A stretch of DNA of 64,000 nt, from assembly GCF_009914755.1 (NCBI RefSeq), contig NC_060941.1; one strand, written 5' to 3'. Positions 47,819 through 60,850 of this stretch are shown in pieces (position 1 is the first letter of the stretch; the number at the start of each line of letters is the position of its first letter). A program made the translations under genes and the position numbers. The notes beneath the pieces were generated by a model. It did not search any database and was not told the DNA's origin. It saw only the letters and a list, made by a program, of their open reading frames with translations. This DNA comes from the human T2T-CHM13v2.0 reference genome, Homo sapiens.

Positions 47819-48689
47819 CTGGGGATGAAAATGAAAAACTGAAGTTACAGATATTTCCTATGAGCATTAAAATTCAACAATTATAAAACTAAGTTATACC
47901 AAGGTTTTGCCTTCATAGTAAATCACTTGAGGGGATGGTGAGTCTCCAGAGAAAATAAAAATGATTTCACGAGTTGCAACATTATTCAGCACGTACAAAG
48001 CCCACTTGTGCGTGAAAGCCATCACCTAAAATAAGCACTGTGCCGTTTTTTGGAACCTTCAGTGAGGGAGCAAGTCCTGAGCTGGCTCAGACAAGCTGAT
48101 CCCCCACTCCATGATCAGTGAAGGCAACAGCATGGATGTGAGATCACAAATGCAAGTGCTGAATGTGGGAGCCTCCAAGATACATGCTTGGCTACTGTTG
48201 TTTGTGGCTCTTTGTTCCACAATTGTCTTATTTAGGCTGGCAACAACACTTCACTCTCGTATAATCAGGCGGTTTATTTTCCAGGTGAGGCAAGGCGGGC
48301 CCTCAAAAGCAAAACAGCCAGCCTCAGTCATTTAGTAAGCTATTAAATAGTCTGGGACTATAACTTCATTCTTTCACTCACTTGATACGCATTTCACAAG
48401 TCAGCTCTACTAACTGGTACAGGCAGCTCAAAGATGAATCGCCTGCCCTTTTAGAGCTGTGGCCATCACATTGGAAATACAAGTGCGTAAACAGAAATTC
48501 GCAATAAAGCAATAGTAACTGCTTATATTAGTTTTACCACAGCAGCAGCCGCAGAGGCTTGACCAATTCTTTCCTCAGTAAGTTTCTCCTCTTGTTTGGA
48601 TACAGAGACCTGGCCTGATGCTCACTTGTTGAGGAAGGGCCCTGGAAGGGGACCTCTCTGCCTGGTGAGTACAAGTTCCTCTAGTGTCC

Positions 48690-48912
48690 AGGAGACAACC
48701 AGGCCAGCCCCTCCTCCTCCTAGGTTTTTGTTTTTACCTTGGACAAGATACTTAACCTCATTGAACCTCAACTTCCTCACAAATAAAATGGGCATAATAA
48801 CATATATCTTACAGGGTGGTTGTCAGAATTGAATGAAAATTTATATAAAGCACCTCTCTAGCACCAGCATACAAAAAAAAACCACTCAGCAGTATCAGAT
48901 ATTACTATTATT
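48690..48912 (+). mobile_element. MIR
   Basis: ACCTTGGACAAGATACTTAACCTCATTGAACCTCAACTTCCTC...AAAATGGGCATAATAA. Confidence 0.7.
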
Positions 48913-48969
48913 ATAAACTGCAACCATGTTGAAGTTGGAAAGTAACTGGATAAAATCTAAATGTCCTAC

Positions 48970-49575
48970 TGTGGGGAACTGTTGGCTGCTTACCTAACAG
49001 CCATCCTCTACCCTCATTTCTTTCTTGCCAATCGAACCCTGATTTGTTTACTCCTCTCTAAGTGTGCATGTCCTTTGTGACTGGCATCTACCTAGCCTCA
49101 AGAGGTAAATCTTCACTGGTCTAAACTCATCAGAGTGATCTTATTTCCCTTACTAAATGACTGGTTAGCCACAGGCATGGGATGCCATTCTGATCAATAC
49201 AACATGAGGGAAAGTGTTTATGGGGGATGAGTGGAGGAGGGTTCTTGGGGAGGTTTCCCTAGCTTATAAAGGACATATGCCATGAACATCTCCTTTGCAG
49301 GTGACTCCTGGAAATTCTGATGACATTTTGGGACTAAAAGGAAAACCAGCCTAAGAGGACAGAGCTGTCCATGAGTGTGGCAGAGTTGTAAGTTGGGGAA
49401 ACAACCAAAAAAACACCTGGGTCCCTGACAACATTGTTAAGGCAATGAACTAACTAATTCTGGAATTGTCCTATCTCAGAGTTTCTTGTTATGCTAGATA
49501 ATTAAGTTTCTTATTGTTTTTGGAGACTTTTAATTGGGTCTTCTCCTACTTGCAACCCAAAATATCTTAACTGTA
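48970..49575 (+). mobile_element. Old MLT1 (K/L-like) LTR
   Basis: AACCCTGATTTGTT, GACTGGTTAGCCACAGGCATG, CCTGGGTCCCTGACAACATTGTT. Confidence 0.55.
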
Positions 49576-51190
49576 TATGACTCCTGCATTTTAGAACTGG
49601 TTAAGATACACACAGTGCAATACTTAATAGTTATAAAAATTATTATATTAATTTATATTTGTTTGCATGGAAAGATTATAATAAAAACAGGTTTATTTAA
49701 TTAGGATTTATTGTATGATTCCATTTATAAATATAGATGCAAACCATTATCAATAATCATTTCTGTATGGTAAGATTTAGTGTATTTTTGTTTCCTTTTG
49801 GTTCATAGTTTAGGTTTTGACTATGATCATTTATTAGTTCTTTGTTTTCTTAGGAAGCAAAAAAAAAAAGGTGGGGAAAGCAGACATGGAAATTTTTGAT
49901 AAAAAGGGAATCTAAGCTAAATTTAACCTAGAAAAAAGGCTATTAATTTAATACTTGCTTTCTGTGGGGACTCTACACGACTTGGTCAAAAGTAACTTAG
50001 TCGATAAGACAATTTGAAAACAAACATTCCCAGTCACTGGCTTTCCAGGTGTTGATTTCACAATTCTTTAAGTGCCTCTGGCTAGTTCTCAGAGAGGTGG
50101 AGTGTTGCCCTCTACTGTTTTTTGTTTTTAATTCATTTTCAGCCAAACATCCTGCTCGCTCTCAGATGACCATAAAAGTAAAGTTGTTGTAACCTAAATG
50201 TCAAATAATGGAAAATTAATTGCAAAAACCAAAATATCATTAATTTCTATGCACAGCAATAAAAATACAGCTAAACCAATAATGCAGGTATAATTAGCTT
50301 ATTTTGATTAATAGAATTTTTTAAAGAAATAGCTCCCATATCTTAGATCTTTTTCCTTTACAGTTTCTTTTATTTCTCCCCCAAATATGAAAGCAGTAAG
50401 TTTTTGATGTAGAATTTTTTTAAATAAGGAAAAACAGAACACAAATATCCATAATCTCACCCATCTAGAATAAATAATTAATACTGTGATCTATATCCTA
50501 CCATATCTTATTATATGCATTTATATACCTTCCCTCCTACGAAATAGGATAATAGTGTAACTATTATCAACAAACTATTATTATAATTAGTTGTAAAATT
50601 ACTAGATGAACTAGAAATAAAATGAACTAGAAATAAAAGAGCAAAAATACGCCTGCATGTAAGTGTATGCAAGTGCTTGCATGCAAGAAAAGAGAAAAAA
50701 TGGAAAAACTTGAAAGCTGAATAGGAATGCCTCAAAGGTCACAAAATTATTTCTAGGGTACATCAAAATCAACATTTGAACAAACAGTGAGTGGAGAATC
50801 AAAGTGCATTTTAATTTTGTCTTACTAACTTGCCTTTGGCCAAATCATATGGAATCTTCTTAGGAGGTAGGCTTCCTAGTCCTATCAATATTTTTATAGT
50901 GTGAAAATAAACGGAATAGGGATAGGATTAAAAATTAAAATAAAACATTGAATGTAGGAAAAAACTTCTTTCCTGTCAGATGGTGATAAAATATCATAAT
51001 TGATTTTAAGCAAAGTTGTTGATTCAAAAATGTGCTGAATCTCTGTCCTTGAGAATTTAAAAAATAGAACAGGATAAAAGAGATGTTTATTTGCCTAAAG
51101 ATAGCAGGCTTGACCAGATAATTATTGAATGTCTCTTCTAATCCTTTGACTGATTTTCTATTGGAGCAATCTCAAAGAGGAAATTCTCAC

Positions 51191-51286
51191 CTTTAATTGA
51201 GCTCCCACATGAATATAGTTGTAGGATGAAAGGGATTTCTGGAGATGTAGAGAGCGTAGCATTTGTTCTGAACCTCCTTGGAGTAG
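51191..51286 (-). CDS. MYO1D: Myosin-Id coding exon 6 (96 nt)
   Basis: LLQGGSEQMLRSLHLQKSLSSYNYIHVGAQLK; GT-AG boundaries. Confidence 0.96.
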
Positions 51287-52854
51287 CTGAAAAATATTTA
51301 ATTAGAAATAAATTGGCCAGACATACATTGAACCAAACATGAACTTAGTGGTAATCTAGCTTTTATTCATTTTCTGGGCTTAATTCACTTATGTCTTCCT
51401 GTTTCTAGCTTTGAAGTTTTGCTTGTTTGTTTTTTTAAACATTCAAGGTAAATGGCTTCAATGTCATCAGTTACAGAGAATGTTATGCAGTCATAAAGAA
51501 AATTACTCTGAAAATGTCTCATCTCATTTACAATATAACTGGCATAAAAGTTTCTTGCTTTGAATGCCGTCATTTGTAAAACAGGATCCTATGCTCTGTG
51601 GTGGTTGCTTGCTTAGCAGCCTCACTATAGACAGGATATAGTTCTGTCTCAGAATTTAGAAAAAGTCAATATTGCTACGGAAGTAAGAAACATCAGCAGA
51701 CAGTCATATGCTGAATCACACTGGAAACAAACAGCTTTTCCTCATCAATCTGTACCTCTCAGGAAAAGAGGACAGCTGGGGAACCATGATTGTAGTATTG
51801 GATAAAGATAAATTTTAATACTTTCACCCAAGTGGGAAGAACACTGGGAAAAAGTTACAGGTTATTGAAATAAACAGAACTCTTTTATATTTGGTAGAAA
51901 AATAGCTTATTTAAAACATGGCAAATTGCCAACAGAACCATAAACACAATATTGACAGTGCTTTTATATAGAGCATGTTTTTGGAAGGTATTAGGTTTAA
52001 ATTCTCTAAATTAAACTGTATGCTTTTGTTTACTTAAAAAGTCTAATTATCAGATTTTAAAAATTGATTTTTAAACTTAATATACCAGAACTTATATATA
52101 CAAATGAGTAGTGTCTATTAAAGCAGTTACCTAGAAGAAACTGAATTCGACTGAATTGCATCCAATTGTATTGTCACCGTTCAGTTACTTTCTGTTAACC
52201 TTGATTTACATTAATTTGGGCTTTAAAAACTTACAATAATATATCATACTTGTTTTCTAAGTGTAAAGACTTGCCAACAGGAAGGCTATTTAAAAGATTT
52301 TGCTTTAAAATCTAAAAGCACTCTTGAAAATAAATACTCAAATTTTTTTCTAAACTTGATGGATTAAAAAGGCAATTCTCCCTAGAAGTTATAAATCCAG
52401 ATTGTTTTTTTAAAAGTAATCATATTGCTTTTAGTGTGTATGAGTGAAACAAACTGAATTTGTATTCTGATCTCTAGAACTCCCAAATATGGAAACAACA
52501 GCTTCAATTCAAAATAAAACAAAAATTAATTTAACATTTAGAATGTACCATTTCAAAAGCTTTCACAGTCATTAAAGTGTTATCTGTACTGCAAGAAAAT
52601 ATGGGGGATGCTCACCCAAGGCAGTCATCTGGTTGGCTAAGCTCCTGCCAGCTGGGTGGAACAGTCATGTTCATCCAATCTCTTAAGCAGGTAGGGCAGG
52701 GCATGTGGTGCGTGCGTGCGTGCGTGCATGCGTGACATGTTACGGGGCCAATGGAGATGAGTGATGCATAGGACAGGGGAAAGCCCAAGACACAAATACT
52801 CATTTCCTGCACAACTGGGCAAATGATCAATTATCTGTATAATGGATTACTAAC

Positions 52855-52908
52855 CTGATAGAAAGAATGAAAGCTTCTTTCTCCTGGCTGTTGCACAATC
52901 ACTCGAGA
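52855..52908 (-). CDS. MYO1D: Myosin-Id coding exon 5 (54 nt)
   Basis: SRVIVQQPGERSFHSFYQ; tttttcttag acceptor, CAG|GTTAGT donor. Confidence 0.96.
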
Positions 52909-52985
52909 CTAAGAAAAAACACATTAAAATGGTTAACCCGAAAATGTGCCCCTAAAATAAAACAGGAGCCACTTTCTTAGGGAAC

Positions 52986-54307
52986 TGTCAGGCCTCTGAG
53001 CCCAAGCCTGCACGTATACATCCAGATGGCCTGAAGCAACTGAAGAATCACATAAGAAGTGAAAATGGCAGATTCTTGCCTTAACTAATGACATTTGGTG
53101 CCGTGACTTGGATCGGGGGAGCTCCCTTGGGAGATCAATCCCCTGTCCTCCTGCTCTTTGCTCTGTGAGAAAGACTGACTTACGACCTCAAGTCCTCAGA
53201 CCAACCAGCCCAAGGAACATCTCACCAATTTTAAATCAGGTAAGCGGCCTCTTTTTACTCTCTTCTCCAACCTCTCTTACTATCCCTCAACCTCTTTCTC
53301 CTTTCAATTTCGGCGCCACCCTTCAATCTCCCCCTTCCCTTAATTTCAGTTCCTTTCCTTTTCTGGTAGAGACAGAGGAGACGTGTTTTATCTGTGAACA
53401 CAAAACTTCAGCACCGGTCACGGATTCGGGAAGACAGTCTTCCCTTGGTGTTTAATCACTGCAGGGACGCCTGCCTGATTATTCACCCACACTCCATTGG
53501 TGTCTGATCACTGTGGGGACACTTGCCTTGATCCTTCACCTTGGTGGCAAGCACCACTTTCCTGGGTGGCAAGTACCAACCCCACCCCACTCCCTACCCC
53601 CACCCCCCGACCCCGGCCCATGTCTCTACCCTCTCTTTTCTCTGGGCTTGCCTCCTCCACTATGGTCAACCTTCCACCCTCCATTCCTCCTTCTTCTCCC
53701 TTAGCCTGTGTTCTCAAGAACTTAAAACCTCTTCAACTCACACCTGACCTAAAACCTAAACACCTTATTTTCTTCTGCAATACCACTTGACCCCAATACA
53801 AACTCAACAATGGTTCCAAACAGCCAGAAAACAGCACTTTAAATTTCTCCATCCTACAAGGTCTAGACAATTATTGTCGTACAATGGGCAAATGATCTGA
53901 GATGCCTGACGTCCAGGCATTCTTTTACACATCGGTCCCTCCCTAGTCTCTGCTCCCAATGCGACTTGTCCCATATCTTTCTTCTTTCTCTCCTGTCTGT
54001 TCCTTTAGTCTCCACCCCAAGCTCTGAGTCCTCTGAATCCTCCTTTTCTACAGGACCTCTCCCCTCCTCCCCAGGCTGTGCCTTGCCAGGCTGAGCCAGG
54101 TCCCAATTCTTCCTCAGCCTGTGCTCTCCCACCCTATAATCCTTTTATCACCTCCCCTCCTCACACCCGATCTGGCTTACAGTTTCGTTCCATGACTAGC
54201 CTTCCCCCACCTGCCCAACAATTTCCTCTTAAAGAGGCGGCTGGAGCTAAAGGCATAGTCAAGGTTAATGCTCCTTTTTCTTTATCCGACCTCTCCCAAA
54301 TCAGTTA
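52986..54307 (+). mobile_element. Truncated HERV-H: partial LTR7 (B/C-like) + PBS-His + leader/gag, no 3' LTR
   Basis: Starts TGTCAGGCCTCTGAGCCCAAGC; PBS TGGTGCCGTGACTTGGAT at 53096-53113; donor CAG|GTAAGC at 53240; C/T-rich HERV-H gag-like sequence with stops. Confidence 0.92.
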
Positions 54308-55048
54308 AATATCCTAAAGACCCCCATGGATTGTATACTCATCTAAGAATGAGTCTTCTCTATGGGGTTTCCCCTGCAATTCTTTGATAATTCTTTTTAT
54401 TGCTTAAAACAGAGGTCCCTAAAACTTTCTGAAGAATGAAGCTATTTTGATTTTTTTAACCTGGAGCCTAAAGATGGAATTTGGTGGTTGGGGGTGGGGT
54501 AAGAATTAGAAGTGGGGAGAATAGGAAGGAATGCTTAGGGAGGAATATTCTCAACATTCCTTTCCCCAGGGTCTGCTGGCATTTCAAAGAGCAATGCCTT
54601 ATATCCTGTAATAAAAGTCAGTTGAGCAAGATCAATCCATAGAGACCTCTGCCTTAGATGGTTCCAAAAATACTGCTGTTAGGAGAGGGTTCAAAATATG
54701 AGTTCATTCAAAAGGATCCTTTTGATTGAATATGTATTACACATAAAGTGAACTGATGAAACATTCTGGAAAAAGGACTGATAATAATACCTGGCATTTC
54801 CTGTCCTTTTTCAACTGACTCTGATAATACATTTATTTCCTTAACAGTCCGACTTCAATATAACAAACAAAAATAAAGATTATACTTCATTATATGGCCA
54901 TAAAGGATGCTATGGCCTAACTGGGATAGGAAACCCTTAACTGAGAAAACCTGTCGGCTTAGATCTGTGTGAATTCAAGGTGGAGACTTGATTTTATAAA
55001 GCACAAGCTTAACTGTAAAAATGAACTCTATGTATTCTCTTGCAGTCA

Positions 55049-55386
<338 letters not shown>

Positions 55387-55929
55387 AGACACAACCTCTC
55401 TGGTGGTCCCAAGAAGAAAATTCTAATTGGAATCCTCTAGAAATTGGGCCTATTTTAAGTTTTTACTGACCAAATACAGTTCGCTTCATAATTAGGATGT
55501 AAGATCACAAAATACATATATGTTACTATAAAGCAATGAACAAATAGAAACTAGAAGAAAATGAGATATCAAATTAATTAAAATTAAAATGTATAGAAGA
55601 TGGTGATGTATAAAAAGGCTAGAACTGATTAGTCTTAGATTGACTTTCGGTTAAACCTTACCCAGAAGCTGGCACACACTCATACCTGTGCCCCCACCCA
55701 TTCACACGCATGGCTAAATCTATCTACAAAGTCCACAACTTTTTCCAACTTGACAGTGTAAGTGCTAAGAAGAGAAGACAAAAGGAGAATATCTTATCAT
55801 AAAAAGCTAATGAAGAAGGGAGAATAGGATTTAAAGCTATTTTGAGTCAATAAAATAAATTCTATAAATATAATTTGTTTAAACATTCAGCACTTAAAAC
55901 ATTACCCTCAGAAATTAAGCATATTTTAC

Positions 55930-56095
55930 CTTTTCTAGTAAGTAGTTATTGATATGCCCACCAATAGGGTCACCCTTGAAGTCAAAGTTGATATCCATGT
56001 ATTTTCCAAACCTGCTTGAGTTGTCATTACGGTTGGTTTTGGCATTTCCAAAAGCTTCCAAAACACAGTTGGACTTAAGCAACATATTCTTCACT
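55930..56095 (-). CDS. MYO1D: Myosin-Id coding exon 4 (166 nt), switch I
   Basis: [55 protein letters not shown]; GT-AG boundaries. Confidence 0.97.
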
Positions 56096-56413
56096 CTTTA
56101 ACACAGATAAATGAAAGTCATTATAAAAACTTATAGAGACTAGAATTTTTTAAAAACTGGATTTTGCTAAACCACATACAAATATTTATACAAAGATGCT
56201 AACTCCAGCACTGTTTGCAATATCAAAAAAAAAACAAACAAATTAATGTCCACCAATAGGGATAAAAATAAATTTTTGTTTCCCAATATAATGAAATACT
56301 ATACAGGTGCTAAAAAGAATGAGGTACATCAATATGTACTCACATGGAAATGTCCAGCATATATTAATGAATATAAAATCAAGTTGTCAAATAACATGCA
56401 TTGCAGGATCCTT

Positions 56414-56458
56414 GTGTGTGTATGTGTATGTTCACGTGTGTGTGTGTGTGCATACACA
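56414..56458. repeat. Imperfect (TG)n within an old L1 3' fragment
   Basis: TGTGTGTGTATGTGTATG...TGTGTGTGTGTG. Confidence 0.75.
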
Positions 56459-57729
56459 TGTATCAGCAAATGCTTAAAAATCTGGAGGGATCAGCACACC
56501 TTACTATGGTTATCTAGACAGGAGACTGATGGAATGGGCAAGGTAGGATTTCAGGGAACTTTTACATCTTCAACTTAATTCTGTAATTTTTGTTTTTCAT
56601 TTTATAAATGTACATATTTTATCTACATAAAGAAAATTTTTAAAAAGATGTGTTCTGAAAAGGGAAAGAATAGGTGATACAGAAAATGATACAATTTTTA
56701 AGGCACTTGCTTATAAAACCTGGAATTGTGACATTTTATTGTACTTAGTTATACATCATAAATTTAATCTTCACTAGTTCAGAAATTGCTCATTATTTTC
56801 TTTGAAGCTGTATGGAATTTCTCCTTTGTACCAGCCATTTAATGCATTCTTTATTCGACGAATGCTAACTTTCTATACAGCAGTCCCTCCCAATGGATAC
56901 ATTTTAAACTTCATGCTATATCCTTGTTTTCATTCCACTGATAAAATTCTTCTTATACAGGCATACCTGCAGAAATAACTTTGGCCTCTGAAATAACTTG
57001 ATGTAGAAGATCTACTGTTACTCCCGCTAATACTGGAGAGTTCAACCTTATCGCCTCATAAATGAAAGCATATTTTAAAAATATGTGTGTGGGGGGAAAC
57101 TGCTTGTGATAAGATATGTTTGTGAAAGACTAGTAAATTTATATATGCCTTACTCTACTATTGTAGGTGTGAAATTAATTTATTTCTCATCTAGTTGCTC
57201 TCCTGAGCTCCTAAGGAAATTAAGAAAATTTACACATATCCCTGTCCTTGTCAAACTAGATTGTAAAGTCAGAGTAAGAAGGAGGGATATGTTACAATTA
57301 AGAAAAATGCCTCTCCTGGCCCAGCAATGCAGCCCAATATGATGAAAAGAAGAAAGGCTACGCAGGGTAGTGAAGTGTAAGTTCTCTTCTTTTACATCAA
57401 CCCAATATCCTTTCTTCCTATTTATAAAACTGAAGATTGTTATGTGTAGATGAGGTGGGACTCTTTACTAAATTAGTACTGAGCTTTGAAGTAACCAATT
57501 AGGAAAACAGTTTCTCTCTTCAAAAAGGCTGCACCACATAAGAAAGTGAGTCTTGTTGCTTTATAGCTATCATCCATTCATCCCTTAAGTATTTGTTAAG
57601 CAAATACTATGTGCCAGCTGCTCCCCTAAATGCTGGGCCCCAGACAGTAGAGATCAGCTTTATTACTCATCTTCCCATGAGCAATAGCACAGTATGGCAT
57701 GAAATCCTTTTAGAAAATGAATCCTGTTC

Positions 57730-58115
<386 letters not shown>

Positions 58116-58545
58116 TCAGAACACAGTTTTTTAAAAACCCTGATGTGGTGCAAAGAGCAAGGAACCTGTGAGAGTTTGAACAATAAAACCTACCAGTGTA
58201 AATTATAACAGCTCTGCTGACCACATTTAAGTCAACAGTAATAAACCAGGATGGGAACACTTTCAACTGTTTCAGAGTAATGATTCTTTTGGTCTCATAA
58301 TTAGGTAAAGCTTACCATAGTATTATTTTTCTATTAAAAACAAATCTAGAAATGGATACAGTGAAATAAATAAAAGTACAGAGACAATATGCACTTAAGA
58401 GAATCAAAGTAGCTTAATCATCAAAAAATGCTCAGCCCATAGGTTTAGACCCCCAAAATGCTCAACCCCTAGAGTTTAGGTCTAGCCAAGTCCATAGAGA
58501 AAACAGAGTGCTAAGAATTCCTCCCCATTATTAGAGTGCTCTTAC

Positions 58546-58639
58546 CTTTCAACCTCTGCTCTCTGACTGGGGTTGGTGATGGCCGCAATATACTGCATAA
58601 TGTACTTACTGGCTTCCGTTTTACCAGCTCCACTTTCCC
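58546..58639 (-). CDS. MYO1D: Myosin-Id coding exon 3 (94 nt), P-loop GESGAGKT
   Basis: (G)[30 protein letters not shown](R); tttttccccccag acceptor, AG|GTAAG donor; phase matches neighbours. Confidence 0.97.
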
Positions 58640-59809
58640 CTGGGGGGAAAAATTGTTCAGGGCTTAACATAATAATTTAAACCAAGAGTAAGCTAATTTT
58701 TAATAGAATAATTTAAAAATCTGATACTGGTGATGCATTTAAAATCCCACATGTTGCACTGTTTCATTTTTTTGCTTTTTTGAGTTATTTCGTCCTGCCT
58801 TGATATGGTTAGTGGTTCTAACAGACCTGAATATGATGAAGAAAATAAAACTATTATAAAACTAAAATAATGAGTAGACTACAAATAAAGATTTACTTAG
58901 GAAAAAGGTACTGATGTGGTAAACTAAGACTAAAGTTTTAGTACTTGGTAGGGACTCATAAGTCTAGCAGAAATGAAATAAGGTAGTGAGTCAAACAGTG
59001 GTTACAACTAAATTCATATAATCTTATTTTCTATAAGAGAATTTCTTTTAATCTTAAAGGGGACAAAATAATTCGTCTAAAAAATTAAGGTTAGAGTAAT
59101 TTTAGTGAAAAAACAAAACAGCAAGCTCCAGACACAAGGTATCATAGAAAAAGCATGACAATTGGGATAATGCTGGGGGATGGGGAAAAAGGAACCAATT
59201 TTGAAGTATCTTCGAAATGTTAAATGCTTATGCCTTCTGACTCAAAAATTCCACTGGTAGAAATTTCTCCTAAGGAAATACTAAAAAATACTAACATAAC
59301 CAAATAATAATAATGTTCAAAGCTTTTAAAACATTTCTATAGACTGTACTGTAAGTCATGGCTAAAATCTGGAAATTATATATCCATCAGTAGATAACTG
59401 GATAAATTATGATTCAATTATTTAAATGGAATACTATACAATTATTAAAAAGAATGCACTAGCTCTATAGAAACACCAATGAAAAGATATTTACTATATA
59501 TTATTAAATGGAAAAATTAGTTATATAACAGACATAATTCTATATATAATTATATATTTATAATATAATTACACATGCAATTATGACTGTATTTGTTTGC
59601 ACATCCAGAGAAAATGTATAAAAGGATAAACACTAAACTGTTAACAGCTGTTACTGCTGGAATTTTGGGAAGAATAAGGCACTCAAGGCGAAGAAACGTT
59701 TTGCTTTTACTCCACACACTCATATAATTGTTTTTATTCTCCCCTTTAAAACCCAGTAATACTGTTTTTGTGATTTGTTTTAAATAAAACATAGTCCTAG
59801 GATATAATT

Positions 59810-59985
59810 TTCTAACTCCAACACTAAGTTACTTAACTCCTCTGACCTTTAATATTCTTATCTATAAAGTAGAAAAATAACTGTTCTACATACCAGAGAG
59901 TTGTTTTGCTCACCAAAATGGAATAATGATTATAAAAGTGTTTCTAAAAGCATAAAACCACCAGTGCAAATGTGAGGTATTATTA
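59810..59985 (+). mobile_element. MIR
   Basis: AAGTTACTTAACTCCTCTGACCTT...ATCTATAAAGT. Confidence 0.55.
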
Positions 59986-60641
59986 GCACCTGAAGAAATT
60001 CCCACAATTTGGGAGAGGCCATCCTGGGTCAGTGAACAGATATTTTTCCTGTCCCCATTTCACTACATAAGGGTCCTTGAAGGGCTCCCCTTAACGTAGG
60101 CAGTTTGGCTCCAGTCCTCAAACATGTGAGGTGTGTACCCTATCTCGTGCCTATCTCCCCCCTTGTTGGGCTTCAATAACTCAGCCCCTCAGCTCTGAAA
60201 GCTTATTTTTGGCCCCCACGCCTCAGTAGGTCCCTCAACACTAGTTCCCAAGCACCAGTCTGATTTTGAGTTGATTCTTCCTTTTCACACCTCAATATTT
60301 CATTTTCGTTGGTTTCATTTTGCTATTTAAAATAATTTTGTTACATTTTATCCAGACTTTTATGTGTTTGAGATGGAAACATTTTCCATGTCAGCTCAAT
60401 CTAACAAATTGGCCAGAAGTCATCCAAGTGTAATATGTATTCATAAATGAACCAAGATTAGAGGATGATCAGAAATGATATAAATAATTTGGTATTTAAC
60501 GTTCATCACTTTTCTCTCTCCTATAGAATTGCTCAGGCTTCTACCTTTAAAAAAATATTTAATCAATTGTTTGGATTCTTGAGTATCAAACAAATTAAAC
60601 ACATTGTGACTTTGGAAATACAGGGGATCCCCTCCAATTAC

Positions 60642-60850
60642 CTGATATCACAATACAAGTGTCTTTTGATCGCCTCTTCATAGCCTTGTAAGCAGCATCC
60701 GCAATAGCAAAAAGGTGAGGCGGTCTCTCATACAGCTCACGGCCTTTATACTGCTCAATTGTGTCTCTTCCATAGATGTTCAACAACTTGTAAGGGTTCA
60801 CAGAAACGACGACTTCTCCAATGAACGTATAGATGCGCCCTTTTTCAAAT
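60642..60850 (-). CDS. MYO1D: Myosin-Id coding exon 2 (209 nt)
   Basis: Translates (R)[70 protein letters not shown]; polypyrimidine+AG acceptor (ct at 60851-52), GT donor (ac at 60640-41). Confidence 0.97.

Noticed and set aside
48276-48292. TTTTCCAG|GTGAGG, a recursive-splice-like AGGT site
   Set aside because: It is on the + strand, opposite to MYO1D transcription.
53108-54308. ORFs in the HERV-H leader/gag region
   Set aside because: Short fragments broken by stops; no intact gag.
58424-58482. Imperfect ~30-nt direct repeat near the exon 3 donor
   Set aside because: Two degenerate copies with no functional clue.
58979-58992. AAGGTAGTGAGT resembling the RNY1 5' end
   Set aside because: Only ~12 nt match and the rest of the Y RNA is absent.
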